Below, piece by piece: positions 16,874 through 24,368 of a DNA stretch of 27,243 nt. Within the stretch, counting starts at the first letter, position 1. Each line of letters starts with the position of its first letter. The stretch spans positions 1 to 27,243 of the IMG/VR virus record IMGVR_UViG_3300028831_000232. One strand, written 5' to 3'. Source of the DNA: a virus. Position numbers and translations under genes: made by a program. A model generated the notes under the pieces. It was not told where the DNA came from, made no database searches, and saw only the letters and a program-made list of their open reading frames with translations.

Positions 16874-17545
16874 CTACTCCATGCAGTTGATCACGCTGCC
16901 CCAGTTGTCTTCTGACCCGAACAGAGACGGCACTGAGATGTCGATGGTGCTGATCTGCACCACGTCTCGGATCTGCGCCGCCCACAGCTCGGAAAAGACC
17001 CGGATCGTGTACATCTTGCGGAATAGGCGCTTGCCGGCGTCGTCAATGCGGTCCCCCGGCGTCCAGCCCAACAGCTGGCAGGAGCGCGCCCGCACGAAGG
17101 GAGTGACACTGCCACCGATGGAGCCGTACCGGCCGGGGAATTTGACCCACAGCTGGCCGGTCATGGCCCGGTCATGGTGGATGTTGCGCGCCCAGGTGGT
17201 GACCTGATAATCGAGGTTCATGGCGATGGGCCACTCGGTCACCAGGACCCGGCCCGGTGCCGGATCGGTGAACTCGTCGTCGGGCGGGTGGTAGCTCGCC
17301 ACCGTGGGCCGCACCTGGCCGCCCCGGTGCGCCCGGTCGAGCGCCTCGGAAATCCCGATCAGGTCGATGGTGATGAAGGGGTAGGTGACCTCCCGCAGCT
17401 CGGCCTCGGGAAAGCGGAACCACACCTTGACCGGTCGGCCGGTGTCGGGGTCGGCCCGCTGGTCAGTCACGGTGATGCCGGCCAGCTTGGCCTTGAGCAT
17501 CTCGTCCTCTTCAAGGCCCCAGCCGTTCACCGACGGTGCTCCCAC
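16874..17545 (-). CDS. Tail terminator / sheath-stabiliser-like protein
   Basis: 223 aa directly upstream of the sheath; VTYPFITIDL, P.AMNLDYQVTTWAR...HDR, RLFRKMYTIRV. Confidence 0.7.
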   Translation of the reverse strand: MGAPSVNGWGLEEDEMLKAKLAGITVTDQRADPDTGRPVKVWFRFPEAELREVTYPFITIDLIGISEALDRAHRGGQVRPTVASYHPPDDEFTDPAPGRVLVTEWPIAMNLDYQVTTWARNIHHDRAMTGQLWVKFPGRYGSIGGSVTPFVRARSCQLLGWTPGDRIDDAGKRLFRKMYTIRVFSELWAAQIRDVVQISTIDISVPSLFGSEDNWGSVINCME

Positions 17546-17895
17546 ACCCGGTGCAGCAGCTGGGACCCGTAGACCCGGCCGGCCTCGGGGCCGTGCCGGG
17601 TGAGAGCGTTGCGGAGGAACCCGGTGGGGGCGATGTCCTCGGTCCCGTACTCCAGGTCGAAGTACTTCTGGTGGTCCGGGTGGTCCGGGGGCAGCCCGAC
17701 GTACTGCTCCCCGCCGTCGGCGTGGACACCGACCTCGTCAGCGAAGTCCTCCCACAGCGGCGTGACGGCGGCGTCCTCGCTCACGCTGTCGGCCAGATGC
17801 CCCAGCGCTTCCTCGCCGGCCTCCCGCTCGATCTCGGCCAGCTCCTCAGGACGAGGGGGCTGCCAGCCCTCCAGCGGATCGTTGACCTCGATCAC
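17527..17895 (-). CDS. Tail completion / neck protein (HK97 gp10-like)
   Basis: 122 aa, acidic, with the DLEYGT...P..FLR motif; lies between stopper and terminator. Confidence 0.6.
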   Translation of the reverse strand: MIEVNDPLEGWQPPRPEELAEIEREAGEEALGHLADSVSEDAAVTPLWEDFADEVGVHADGGEQYVGLPPDHPDHQKYFDLEYGTEDIAPTGFLRNALTRHGPEAGRVYGSQLLHRVWEHRR

Positions 17896-17929
17896 GAGGC
17901 CGCCATGGCGGCAGCAGAGAACATCCCGG

Positions 17930-17983
17930 TCCCCTCGTCTAGGCAGTTGAGGCCGGCCAGGGCGTCCTGACCGAACGAGGGGA
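17930..17983 (-). promoter_or_regulatory. Intergenic two-stem RNA hairpin
   Basis: Perfect 9-bp outer stem TCCCCTCGT/ACGAGGGGA and inner stem CGGTCAGG-ACGC-CCTGGCCG. Confidence 0.55.
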
Positions 17984-17985
17984 GG

Positions 17986-18222
17986 CTACCTCATGCTGTC
18001 GGGTCGCTGGTTGACCACCCATACGGCGAACGGCTTAGCCGGCGGAAGAACGAGGTCAGTCGAACCTTCGACCATCCAGAGCAGCCACGCCAGAAAAAGA
18101 ACCGGGGACAGGAGCACAAACAAGACCACCGCCACCGGCACGGCAAGAACCACGAGGAGAAGCCAGATGAACGGATGGCGATCCCAGAAGGTCGGTGCCT
18201 GCTGCTGCTGCCTGTCGGCCAT
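17986..18222 (-). CDS. Small membrane protein (moron-like)
   Basis: Start reassigned to ATG 18222 (AAGGAG RBS), 78 aa, with a long hydrophobic stretch FIWLLLVVLAVPVAVVLFVLLSPVLFLAWLLWMV. Confidence 0.65.
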   Translation of the reverse strand: MADRQQQQAPTFWDRHPFIWLLLVVLAVPVAVVLFVLLSPVLFLAWLLWMVEGSTDLVLPPAKPFAVWVVNQRPDSMR

Positions 18223-18258
18223 GGCCGGCTCCTTTAAACGCAAGACTTTACCGACACC

Positions 18259-18264
18259 ATCTTA
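18259..18264 (-). promoter_or_regulatory. Possible -10 element for the membrane gene
   Basis: TAAGAT (TANNNT) in a ~100-nt, relatively AT-rich intergenic gap; no good -35. Confidence 0.25.
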
Positions 18265-18324
18265 CGTCTTCGACAGCGGCAGGAACAGCCCGGCACCTGT
18301 CCGAAGTGGGACAAATCGGGGCAT

Positions 18325-18807
18325 TTAGTGTCCGGGCGTCGGCGGGAAGTTCGGGTAGTTGACCAGCTCCTCGACGGCGATGCGGGTGGCGTCCACGCCG
18401 ATGATGACCTCCTGGCGGATCAGGCGCCCGGAGATCTGGAAGCTGTTGACGCTCCAGTACTCCCCGTCCCAGAAAAACCGGTCCCGCAGGTGTCGGCGGG
18501 AATCGTGGGGGTCGGTCATGCCAGCGCGGGCCGCCTGGTCGGCCGAGAAGGCGACGTGCATGTTGCCGAAGGTGTAGAGGCCCTCCTCCCTCGGCTGCTC
18601 CCGGTCCTCGTCACGCACCACCGAGAGGACCGGCAGCTCGAAACCGTCCTTGAAGGCAACGTGGGTGGCCTCGTCGTAGATGTCGTCCGGCGCCGAATTC
18701 GCCGGATCGAATTCCCACCATGTCACGGTGGTACCGACGCGGCGCTGGTATTTGGTGTAAGAGCGCCGGACCTGATTCAGGTACTGCTTGACGATGGGGT
18801 ACGGCAT
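18325..18807 (-). CDS. Head-to-tail stopper / neck protein
   Basis: 160 aa following the adaptor; DDIYDE, EGLYT, HLRDRFFWDG, EELVN motifs. Confidence 0.65.
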   Translation of the reverse strand: MPYPIVKQYLNQVRRSYTKYQRRVGTTVTWWEFDPANSAPDDIYDEATHVAFKDGFELPVLSVVRDEDREQPREEGLYTFGNMHVAFSADQAARAGMTDPHDSRRHLRDRFFWDGEYWSVNSFQISGRLIRQEVIIGVDATRIAVEELVNYPNFPPTPGH

Positions 18808-19556
18808 CAGGGGGTCACCGGAGCTACCGGGCCGCCGGGGTTGATCGGCGGCTTGATTCGGATCGGCGGGCTGTGGTCATCGAATTCCTGGGCAATGTAG
18901 ATCGGCACCAGGCGGTTGGTGGTGCGGCTCACCCGGCGCAGCGTGAACATCTCCACGGCGTAGAGGCCCACGCCCAGCAGGGCGCTCAGCTCCTTGTAGT
19001 GAGCGTCGAGCTGCTGGATCAGCCCGAGCAGCTGCTGGTAGCGCTGGCCGGCGGGGATGTGCATCCCCTCGGGCGTGTCCACGTTGACTTCCTGGGCCGC
19101 CTCGGCCACCTGGGACCACAGGGCCTCGCGCACGGCCAGGATGGCGACGAGGTACTCCTCCATCGGCGGCAGCTGGTCGATGGTGACGGCCGGATACCGG
19201 TCGGCGGTGTGCATGTCGAAGGCGATCTCGATGAACTGGCCGAGATCGTCGGGGACGGTCGCCAGCGAGCCGGTGCCCTCGGCCACAAGGTCGATGCCGT
19301 CAGCCAGCGGCGTGCCGAGAGTGACCACCCCCTGACGGGCGTCGAGCCAGTACTCCCCCGAGCCGGGCGGGAAGGAGGCGGCCGGCGTCAGGGTGACCGG
19401 CGTGGTGCTCTCGACGGTGACCGAGGAGAGCGCCACGTTGGCCTTGGGCAGGTCGAAGCGCATCGTGGTGCCGTCACCGGTCACCCGCGCCTGGAATTCC
19501 TCCCCGAAATCCCGCGGGACGAGCTGGGCCTTGGCGGTGATCGTGGCAAGAGACAT
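18807..19556 (-). CDS. Head-to-tail adaptor protein
   Basis: Start reassigned to ATG 19556 (GAAGGG RBS), 249 aa. LPPMEEY.VAILA...TPEGMHIP..QRYQQL...FTLRRVSRTTNRLVPIY motif; position ahead of the neck/tail genes. Confidence 0.7.
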   Translation of the reverse strand: MSLATITAKAQLVPRDFGEEFQARVTGDGTTMRFDLPKANVALSSVTVESTTPVTLTPAASFPPGSGEYWLDARQGVVTLGTPLADGIDLVAEGTGSLATVPDDLGQFIEIAFDMHTADRYPAVTIDQLPPMEEYLVAILAVREALWSQVAEAAQEVNVDTPEGMHIPAGQRYQQLLGLIQQLDAHYKELSALLGVGLYAVEMFTLRRVSRTTNRLVPIYIAQEFDDHSPPIRIKPPINPGGPVAPVTP

Positions 19557-19558
19557 GG

Positions 19559-22500
19559 CTATCCCTTCGTCATCAGCCGGTCGTCCTCGGTCATCTCCAG
19601 CCTGCCATCTCCGTTCATCGGCCGGCCGTACGTCTCGGTCATGGCCGAGGTGGGGGTGACCGTCGTCGCGACCGGTGGCGACGGTCGCAGACCTGTCCAC
19701 ACCCGCACGCTGGCCTCACCCCCGGTCACGATCAGCTCGTCACCGGCCACCGTCAACCCCAGCGGCAGCTCGGCCAGCTCAGCCAGGGTCAGGCCCAGCT
19801 GGTCGGCGGCACCGAAGATCGCCTGGACGGCGCTCTGTGCCACCAGGGAGGCCACCAGCGTGTCCGAGGTGCCCACGACCACCTGGAGCACGAACGCCTC
19901 GGAGACGGCAACAGAGAGGCTGTCGGAAGCCGTCAGGGTCACGGCCAAAGTGACACCGCCGGCCACGGCCAGCTGGAGGCTGTCAGAGGCCCCGAAAACG
20001 ACGGTCGTAGCGGTGGCTTCGGTGACCGCCACGGCCAGCGTGTCCACGGCGTCCTTGGGTGTGATCCCGAGCAGATCCCTGACCAGGCCGATGTCGCTGA
20101 CAGCCAAGGCCAGAGCGTCCGATACCGCCAGTGAGGCCAGGATCGTGGACAGCTCCCCGAGCACCAGGCCGGCAGCATCGACCGCCGCCAGCGTCACCTG
20201 GATGTCCATGTCCTCGGTGAGCACGGCAGCCAGCTGATCGCTGGTGGACACCACCACGGCCATGCTCACCGCGGCGTCGTCGCCGGCCAGCGCCAGTTGG
20301 TCACTGGCCGCCACCATGGCGAACAGGGTCGAGCTGTCGGCCACGATCAGGCCCAGGGTGTCTGCTACCGCCACGGCGGCCAGGATGGTCGAGCTGTCAC
20401 TGGCGCCGGCCACCAGGATGTCGGTGGTGGTCACCGTCACGGTCACGGCCCGGCCCTCGGTGGCGCCGATGGTGAGGGCGTCGGTCGAGCTGAACAGCAC
20501 CAGCGGGGCCGAGGCGTCGGTGATTCCCAGGGTCAGGGCATCGGTGGTCGTCCGCTGGGCCTGGGTGGCCGACACCTCGGTGATGGCGGCGGTCAGCTGG
20601 TCGGTGGTCCCGACTGAGGCGGCGATGGCCCGGCCCTCGGTGAGCGCCGCCGCCAGGGTGTCGGTCGTCCCGAAGACCGCCAGGACGGCCGAGGCGTCAG
20701 TCACCCCGGCGGTCAAGGTGTCGGTGGTAGTGACCACGCCGGCCACTGTCACCGTGGCGTCGGTCACGCCGGCCACGAGGGCGTCGGTACGGGCCACCGT
20801 CACCACCGTGGCCGAAGCGTCCCCCAGGATGGCCTGGAGGGCGTCTGTGGCGCTCGCAGCGGCCAGGATGGCGCTGGCGTCAGCCAGGGTGACGGCGAGG
20901 ATGTCGGTGGCCGTTACAAAGGTCACGATGACCACCACCGAGGCATCGGTGACCGTGACGGCCAGCGTGTCGGTCGAGCTGAAGGTGACGAGGGGCGACG
21001 ACGCCTCGGTGATGCCAGCAGTGAGCGAGTCGGTGGTGGAGCGCTGGGCCTGGATGGCCGAGTTGTCGGCCATCGTGGCGGCCAGGGTGTCGGAGGTGCT
21101 CACGAAGACGGCCGGCGAGCTGGCGTCGGAGACGGTCACGGTCAGCGAATCGGTGGTGGTGCGCTGAGCCTGCACGGCCGAAGACTCGGTAATTCCAACA
21201 GTCGGTGTGTCCACCGTCGTAATGACGGTCGCCACCGCCGACGTGTCCGTAATTCCCGCCGTGAGCGTGTCGGTGGAAGACAAGGCGTTCATCACGGCCG
21301 ATGTGTCGGTGACCCCCACCGTTCCAATGTCCCCGGTAACGAGCGAGACGGCGAGGGCCGGCGACGCCTCCGTAATTGCTGCCGTCAAGGTGTCAGCCGT
21401 GGAAACGGAAGCGGCCACCGCCGATGTGCCTTCGGTGACGGCGGCTGTGACGGTGTCGGTGGTGGACACCACAACCTGCGGCGACGAGTTGTCGGTCACA
21501 CCGGCAGTCACCGCGTCAGCGGTGGAGACGACGACCACCGGAGCGGACGTATCGGTGATCCCTGCCGTCAGGGTGTCCGTCGTCGTTCGCTGGGCCTGTA
21601 CCGCCGAAGACTCAGTGGCACCGACGGTCGCCGTGTCACCAGTCGAAGAGAAGACCACGATGACCGACGCGCCTTCTATGAGAGTCACGGTCAGAGTGTC
21701 GTTGGCCGTCTGCTGTGCCTGCACTGCTGACGTGTCGGTAATCCCGGTGGTGACGGTATCGGCGGTGTTGACGACCACCACGATGCTGCTGGTTTCGGTT
21801 ATGCCCAGCGTCGGCGTATCCAGGCTCATCGGAGCCGTGTAATTGCCGGCCGTCTCGTATGTACCAGTGGCGAACGTACCCGTCGCCGGAACGATGGGAG
21901 CGGTGAAGATGGCGATGCTCGACACTTCGCCCAGCGTCAAGGCCAACGTGTCGGTGGTGGTCGGCTTGCCGAGGACCGCTGAACTGTCGGTGATACCAAC
22001 CGTGGGCGTGTCGGTGGTCGAAACAGTGGCAGCAACACTGCTTGATTCGACGATGCCGATAGTCGGAGCATCGACAGCGCCCGGCGCCGTGCTCTGGGCG
22101 GCGATCTCGTAGGTACCAATAGCGAACGTGCCGATGGCCGGAATCGGGGCCGGCGTAGACGCAACCAGAGCAGAGCTGTCGGTGACCCCAGCTGTCAGCG
22201 TGTCGGTGGTTCCGACTACCACCTTGACGGCGCTCGACTCGCCAAGGGTCAGCGCCAGCGTGTCAGTGGTACTGACCGGTGTGACGGTGACTGCCGACTC
22301 CCAGGTATTCCACTCGACAGCGCCGATGTCCATGCCGCTGTCGGTCGAGATCCGCAGCTCGACATTGGCCCCGGAGATAGCGGCCAACGTGGCGGCGTCC
22401 CAGGTGAAGGAGTAGACACCGTCGGTAGGGACAGGAACGGTGCCCAGCGTGGAGATCTTGGTGCCGTTCTCCCACAGTTCGACGGTGGCGGTAGGCCCGG

Positions 22501-23212
22501 ACGGTCCAGCCAGAATCTCGAACATGGCGAAGTCGCCACAGTTCTGGCTGCTACCGAGGTTCATCTGGACGGCGCCAGCGTTCACCGTGCCGTTGCGCCG
22601 CCAGATCATTCCCTCGTAGTTGCCGCTGTAGAAGTCGTCAAAGACAATCGTCTCGTTGGCGGCCTGACTACCGGTGTTCGTCAACTGCGCCGCACCGGAC
22701 CAGTTGGCAACGACGGCAACAACAAGCGAACCGTTGCCGACAGCGGTGATCTGACCGGCAGGGGCGGCACCGCCAGTGTTATTGGCGAGCAGCAGGTTCC
22801 CGGTCGTACTCCAGTAGGGAGTACCCCCCGACGTTGCCGTGCCTGCGTTGAGCGTCGGGGTACCGATCTCCCCGCCGGTCACAACGAGGACAGTGAGCAT
22901 GGCACCGGGGTAGTTCGGCAGTACCTGCGGAGTGACCTGGATGTAGCCAGTCCATCCCGTTGACGGCACGTTGGCCCACCAGACCGTCAGGTCACCGCCG
23001 ACGACGTTATTCGGCTCAGCGATCTTGGTGAAGGTCAGGGCGCCTTGGCTATCCAGTACGTCAACGACGGCGCCGTTGGAGTCCCAGGTGGTGAAGATCC
23101 AGAGCCGGCTGCCAGCTGGCGGCGTGAAGACCGCCGACTGAAGATAGGCGTAGACCGAGCCGGTATGAGGAGCGGCGAAATACTGACTGGTGGCATCGAT
23201 GGCGACAGCCAT
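19559..23212 (-). CDS. Long repetitive fibre protein (putative head/neck fibre)
   Basis: 1217 aa: ~235-aa N-terminal beta-domain, a half-domain (aa ~239-301), roughly 40 copies of a ~20-aa repeat, and a short C-terminal tail. Confidence 0.75.
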   Translation of the reverse strand: MAVAIDATSQYFAAPHTGSVYAYLQSAVFTPPAGSRLWIFTTWDSNGAVVDVLDSQGALTFTKIAEPNNVVGGDLTVWWANVPSTGWTGYIQVTPQVLPNYPGAMLTVLVVTGGEIGTPTLNAGTATSGGTPYWSTTGNLLLANNTGGAAPAGQITAVGNGSLVVAVVANWSGAAQLTNTGSQAANETIVFDDFYSGNYEGMIWRRNGTVNAGAVQMNLGSSQNCGDFAMFEILAGPSGPTATVELWENGTKISTLGTVPVPTDGVYSFTWDAATLAAISGANVELRISTDSGMDIGAVEWNTWESAVTVTPVSTTDTLALTLGESSAVKVVVGTTDTLTAGVTDSSALVASTPAPIPAIGTFAIGTYEIAAQSTAPGAVDAPTIGIVESSSVAATVSTTDTPTVGITDSSAVLGKPTTTDTLALTLGEVSSIAIFTAPIVPATGTFATGTYETAGNYTAPMSLDTPTLGITETSSIVVVVNTADTVTTGITDTSAVQAQQTANDTLTVTLIEGASVIVVFSSTGDTATVGATESSAVQAQRTTTDTLTAGITDTSAPVVVVSTADAVTAGVTDNSSPQVVVSTTDTVTAAVTEGTSAVAASVSTADTLTAAITEASPALAVSLVTGDIGTVGVTDTSAVMNALSSTDTLTAGITDTSAVATVITTVDTPTVGITESSAVQAQRTTTDSLTVTVSDASSPAVFVSTSDTLAATMADNSAIQAQRSTTDSLTAGITEASSPLVTFSSTDTLAVTVTDASVVVIVTFVTATDILAVTLADASAILAAASATDALQAILGDASATVVTVARTDALVAGVTDATVTVAGVVTTTDTLTAGVTDASAVLAVFGTTDTLAAALTEGRAIAASVGTTDQLTAAITEVSATQAQRTTTDALTLGITDASAPLVLFSSTDALTIGATEGRAVTVTVTTTDILVAGASDSSTILAAVAVADTLGLIVADSSTLFAMVAASDQLALAGDDAAVSMAVVVSTSDQLAAVLTEDMDIQVTLAAVDAAGLVLGELSTILASLAVSDALALAVSDIGLVRDLLGITPKDAVDTLAVAVTEATATTVVFGASDSLQLAVAGGVTLAVTLTASDSLSVAVSEAFVLQVVVGTSDTLVASLVAQSAVQAIFGAADQLGLTLAELAELPLGLTVAGDELIVTGGEASVRVWTGLRPSPPVATTVTPTSAMTETYGRPMNGDGRLEMTEDDRLMTKG
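19715..22273 (-). repeat. ~60-nt/20-aa degenerate coding repeat array
   Basis: Consensus (S/T)TDTL(T/A)xG(I/V)T(D/E)xSxVxVxV, e.g. TTDTLTAGITDTSAPVVVVS; degenerates toward the C-terminus. Confidence 0.9.
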
Positions 23213-24039
23213 CAGGACCCCGGCCGGGCGCGAATGCGGAACTCCTGCTTGAAGCCGGACATGAGGTTGGCCGCCGGGGTCGGGAACGATACCCGGAGCA
23301 CCACGGCGCCGGCACTGGTCATCCAGTTGGCATCAGGTGCATCAGGGTCGTCCTGAATGACCGACAGAGCGCCAGTCAGATTGGTCTGGGTGAGGGCGCC
23401 GTCAGGGACCAGTCGGTTCGTGACCGCCTTGACGGTGCTGGAGGCATCGGCCATGGTGGCCGCCAGGGTGTCGATGGTGGTGACGGAGAGAATCGGGACC
23501 AGTGAACTGGCATCGGTAATCCCGCTCGTCAGGGTGTCGGTTGTTGATTTGGCAATGGGATCGGCCTCTGACGCGACCCACCGCACCGCTCCGACTTCAA
23601 TGGTCGCCCGCTGACCACCGGAGCCGCCGACCGTGCCGGTTATACGGCACTCGACGTTGACACCTGATACCGCCGTGAGCAGTGACGCATCCCAGGTGCC
23701 AGTGAGCATCTGACCGGTAGCCGAGGTGACGCTGGTCGCCGCCAGCACGGTGGCCTTGAGGACACCGCTCTCCCACAATTCCAGCGTGGCAGTTGGAGAA
23801 CCGGTCCCGCCATTCTTTCGCACCCACGCCTTGAAGGTCTGAAGTCCCGCTCCGGTGTTGAGCGTACCGATGGTCGGGCTGGGAAATGACACCCGTAGCA
23901 CCGAGGCAGTGATGGTCGAAGATGCCGTCAGCCAGGTGGCGTCGGGGCTGGAGGGATCATCCTGAATGGCCGAGAGGGCGCCAACGAGGTTCGTCTGGAG
24001 CAGCAGTGCATCGGGAGCGATCTGCTCGGTGGTCGCCAT
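23212..24039 (-). CDS. Fibre-associated protein: one full domain, two 20-aa repeats, and the N-terminal half of a second domain copy
   Basis: 275 aa, GAGG RBS; internal duplication QTNLVGALSAIQDDP...VLRVSFP versus QTNLTGALSVIQDDP...VLRVSFP. Confidence 0.75.
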   Translation of the reverse strand: MATTEQIAPDALLLQTNLVGALSAIQDDPSSPDATWLTASSTITASVLRVSFPSPTIGTLNTGAGLQTFKAWVRKNGGTGSPTATLELWESGVLKATVLAATSVTSATGQMLTGTWDASLLTAVSGVNVECRITGTVGGSGGQRATIEVGAVRWVASEADPIAKSTTDTLTSGITDASSLVPILSVTTIDTLAATMADASSTVKAVTNRLVPDGALTQTNLTGALSVIQDDPDAPDANWMTSAGAVVLRVSFPTPAANLMSGFKQEFRIRARPGS

Positions 24040-24054
24040 GGCCTCGTCCTGGGA

Positions 24055-24294
24055 CTACGCGACCTGCGTAATGGTGAAGTTATTGGGGTTGAGGCCGATG
24101 TTGATCAGCATGCTCTGAAGCTCACCACGGCTGCCGCCGACGATCCGGTACATGGGAAAGCCGTTCGGCCCCGTCGTTCCAAGGCTGACCACCTTGGTGC
24201 CGAGCGGCGCAGCAGCGGCGAGAAGCTGCTGATAGCTGTCGGTGGACGGGTCCATCTCGAAGTCGGCCTGATAGGTGCTGCCGTGCGCTCCCAT
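24055..24294 (-). CDS. Hypothetical protein
   Basis: 79 aa, strong AGGAGG RBS, fills the gap between two genes. Confidence 0.65.
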   Translation of the reverse strand: MGAHGSTYQADFEMDPSTDSYQQLLAAAAPLGTKVVSLGTTGPNGFPMYRIVGGSRGELQSMLINIGLNPNNFTITQVA

Positions 24295-24343
24295 GAAACC
24301 TCCTATTCAGGTTGACACTCATACCCCGCCGCCCCCATGCGGC

Positions 24344-24363
24344 AGGCGGCAACCATGCCGCCT
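24344..24363 (-). terminator. GC-rich hairpin after gene 24369..25130
   Basis: AGGCGGCA-TGGT-TGCCGCCT, 8-bp stem with a 4-nt loop, a few nt after the stop; no U-tract. Confidence 0.4.
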
Positions 24364-24368
24364 CCAAG

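Noticed and set aside
185-17545. Stand-alone eCIS / tailocin locus
   Set aside because: Major capsid and head-tail connector genes are in the same operon, so this is a phage or prophage.
22499-23214. Self-splicing intron, intein or gene-60-style ribosomal hop explaining the split domain
   Set aside because: The insert is fully coding for a structural-looking domain with no endonuclease, intein or evident intron core motifs. 716 nt is far longer than the 50-nt T4 gene 60 bypass, despite the matching TCC codons.
24312-24317. Plus-strand TTGACA as an antisense promoter
   Set aside because: No matching -10 element at a suitable spacing.
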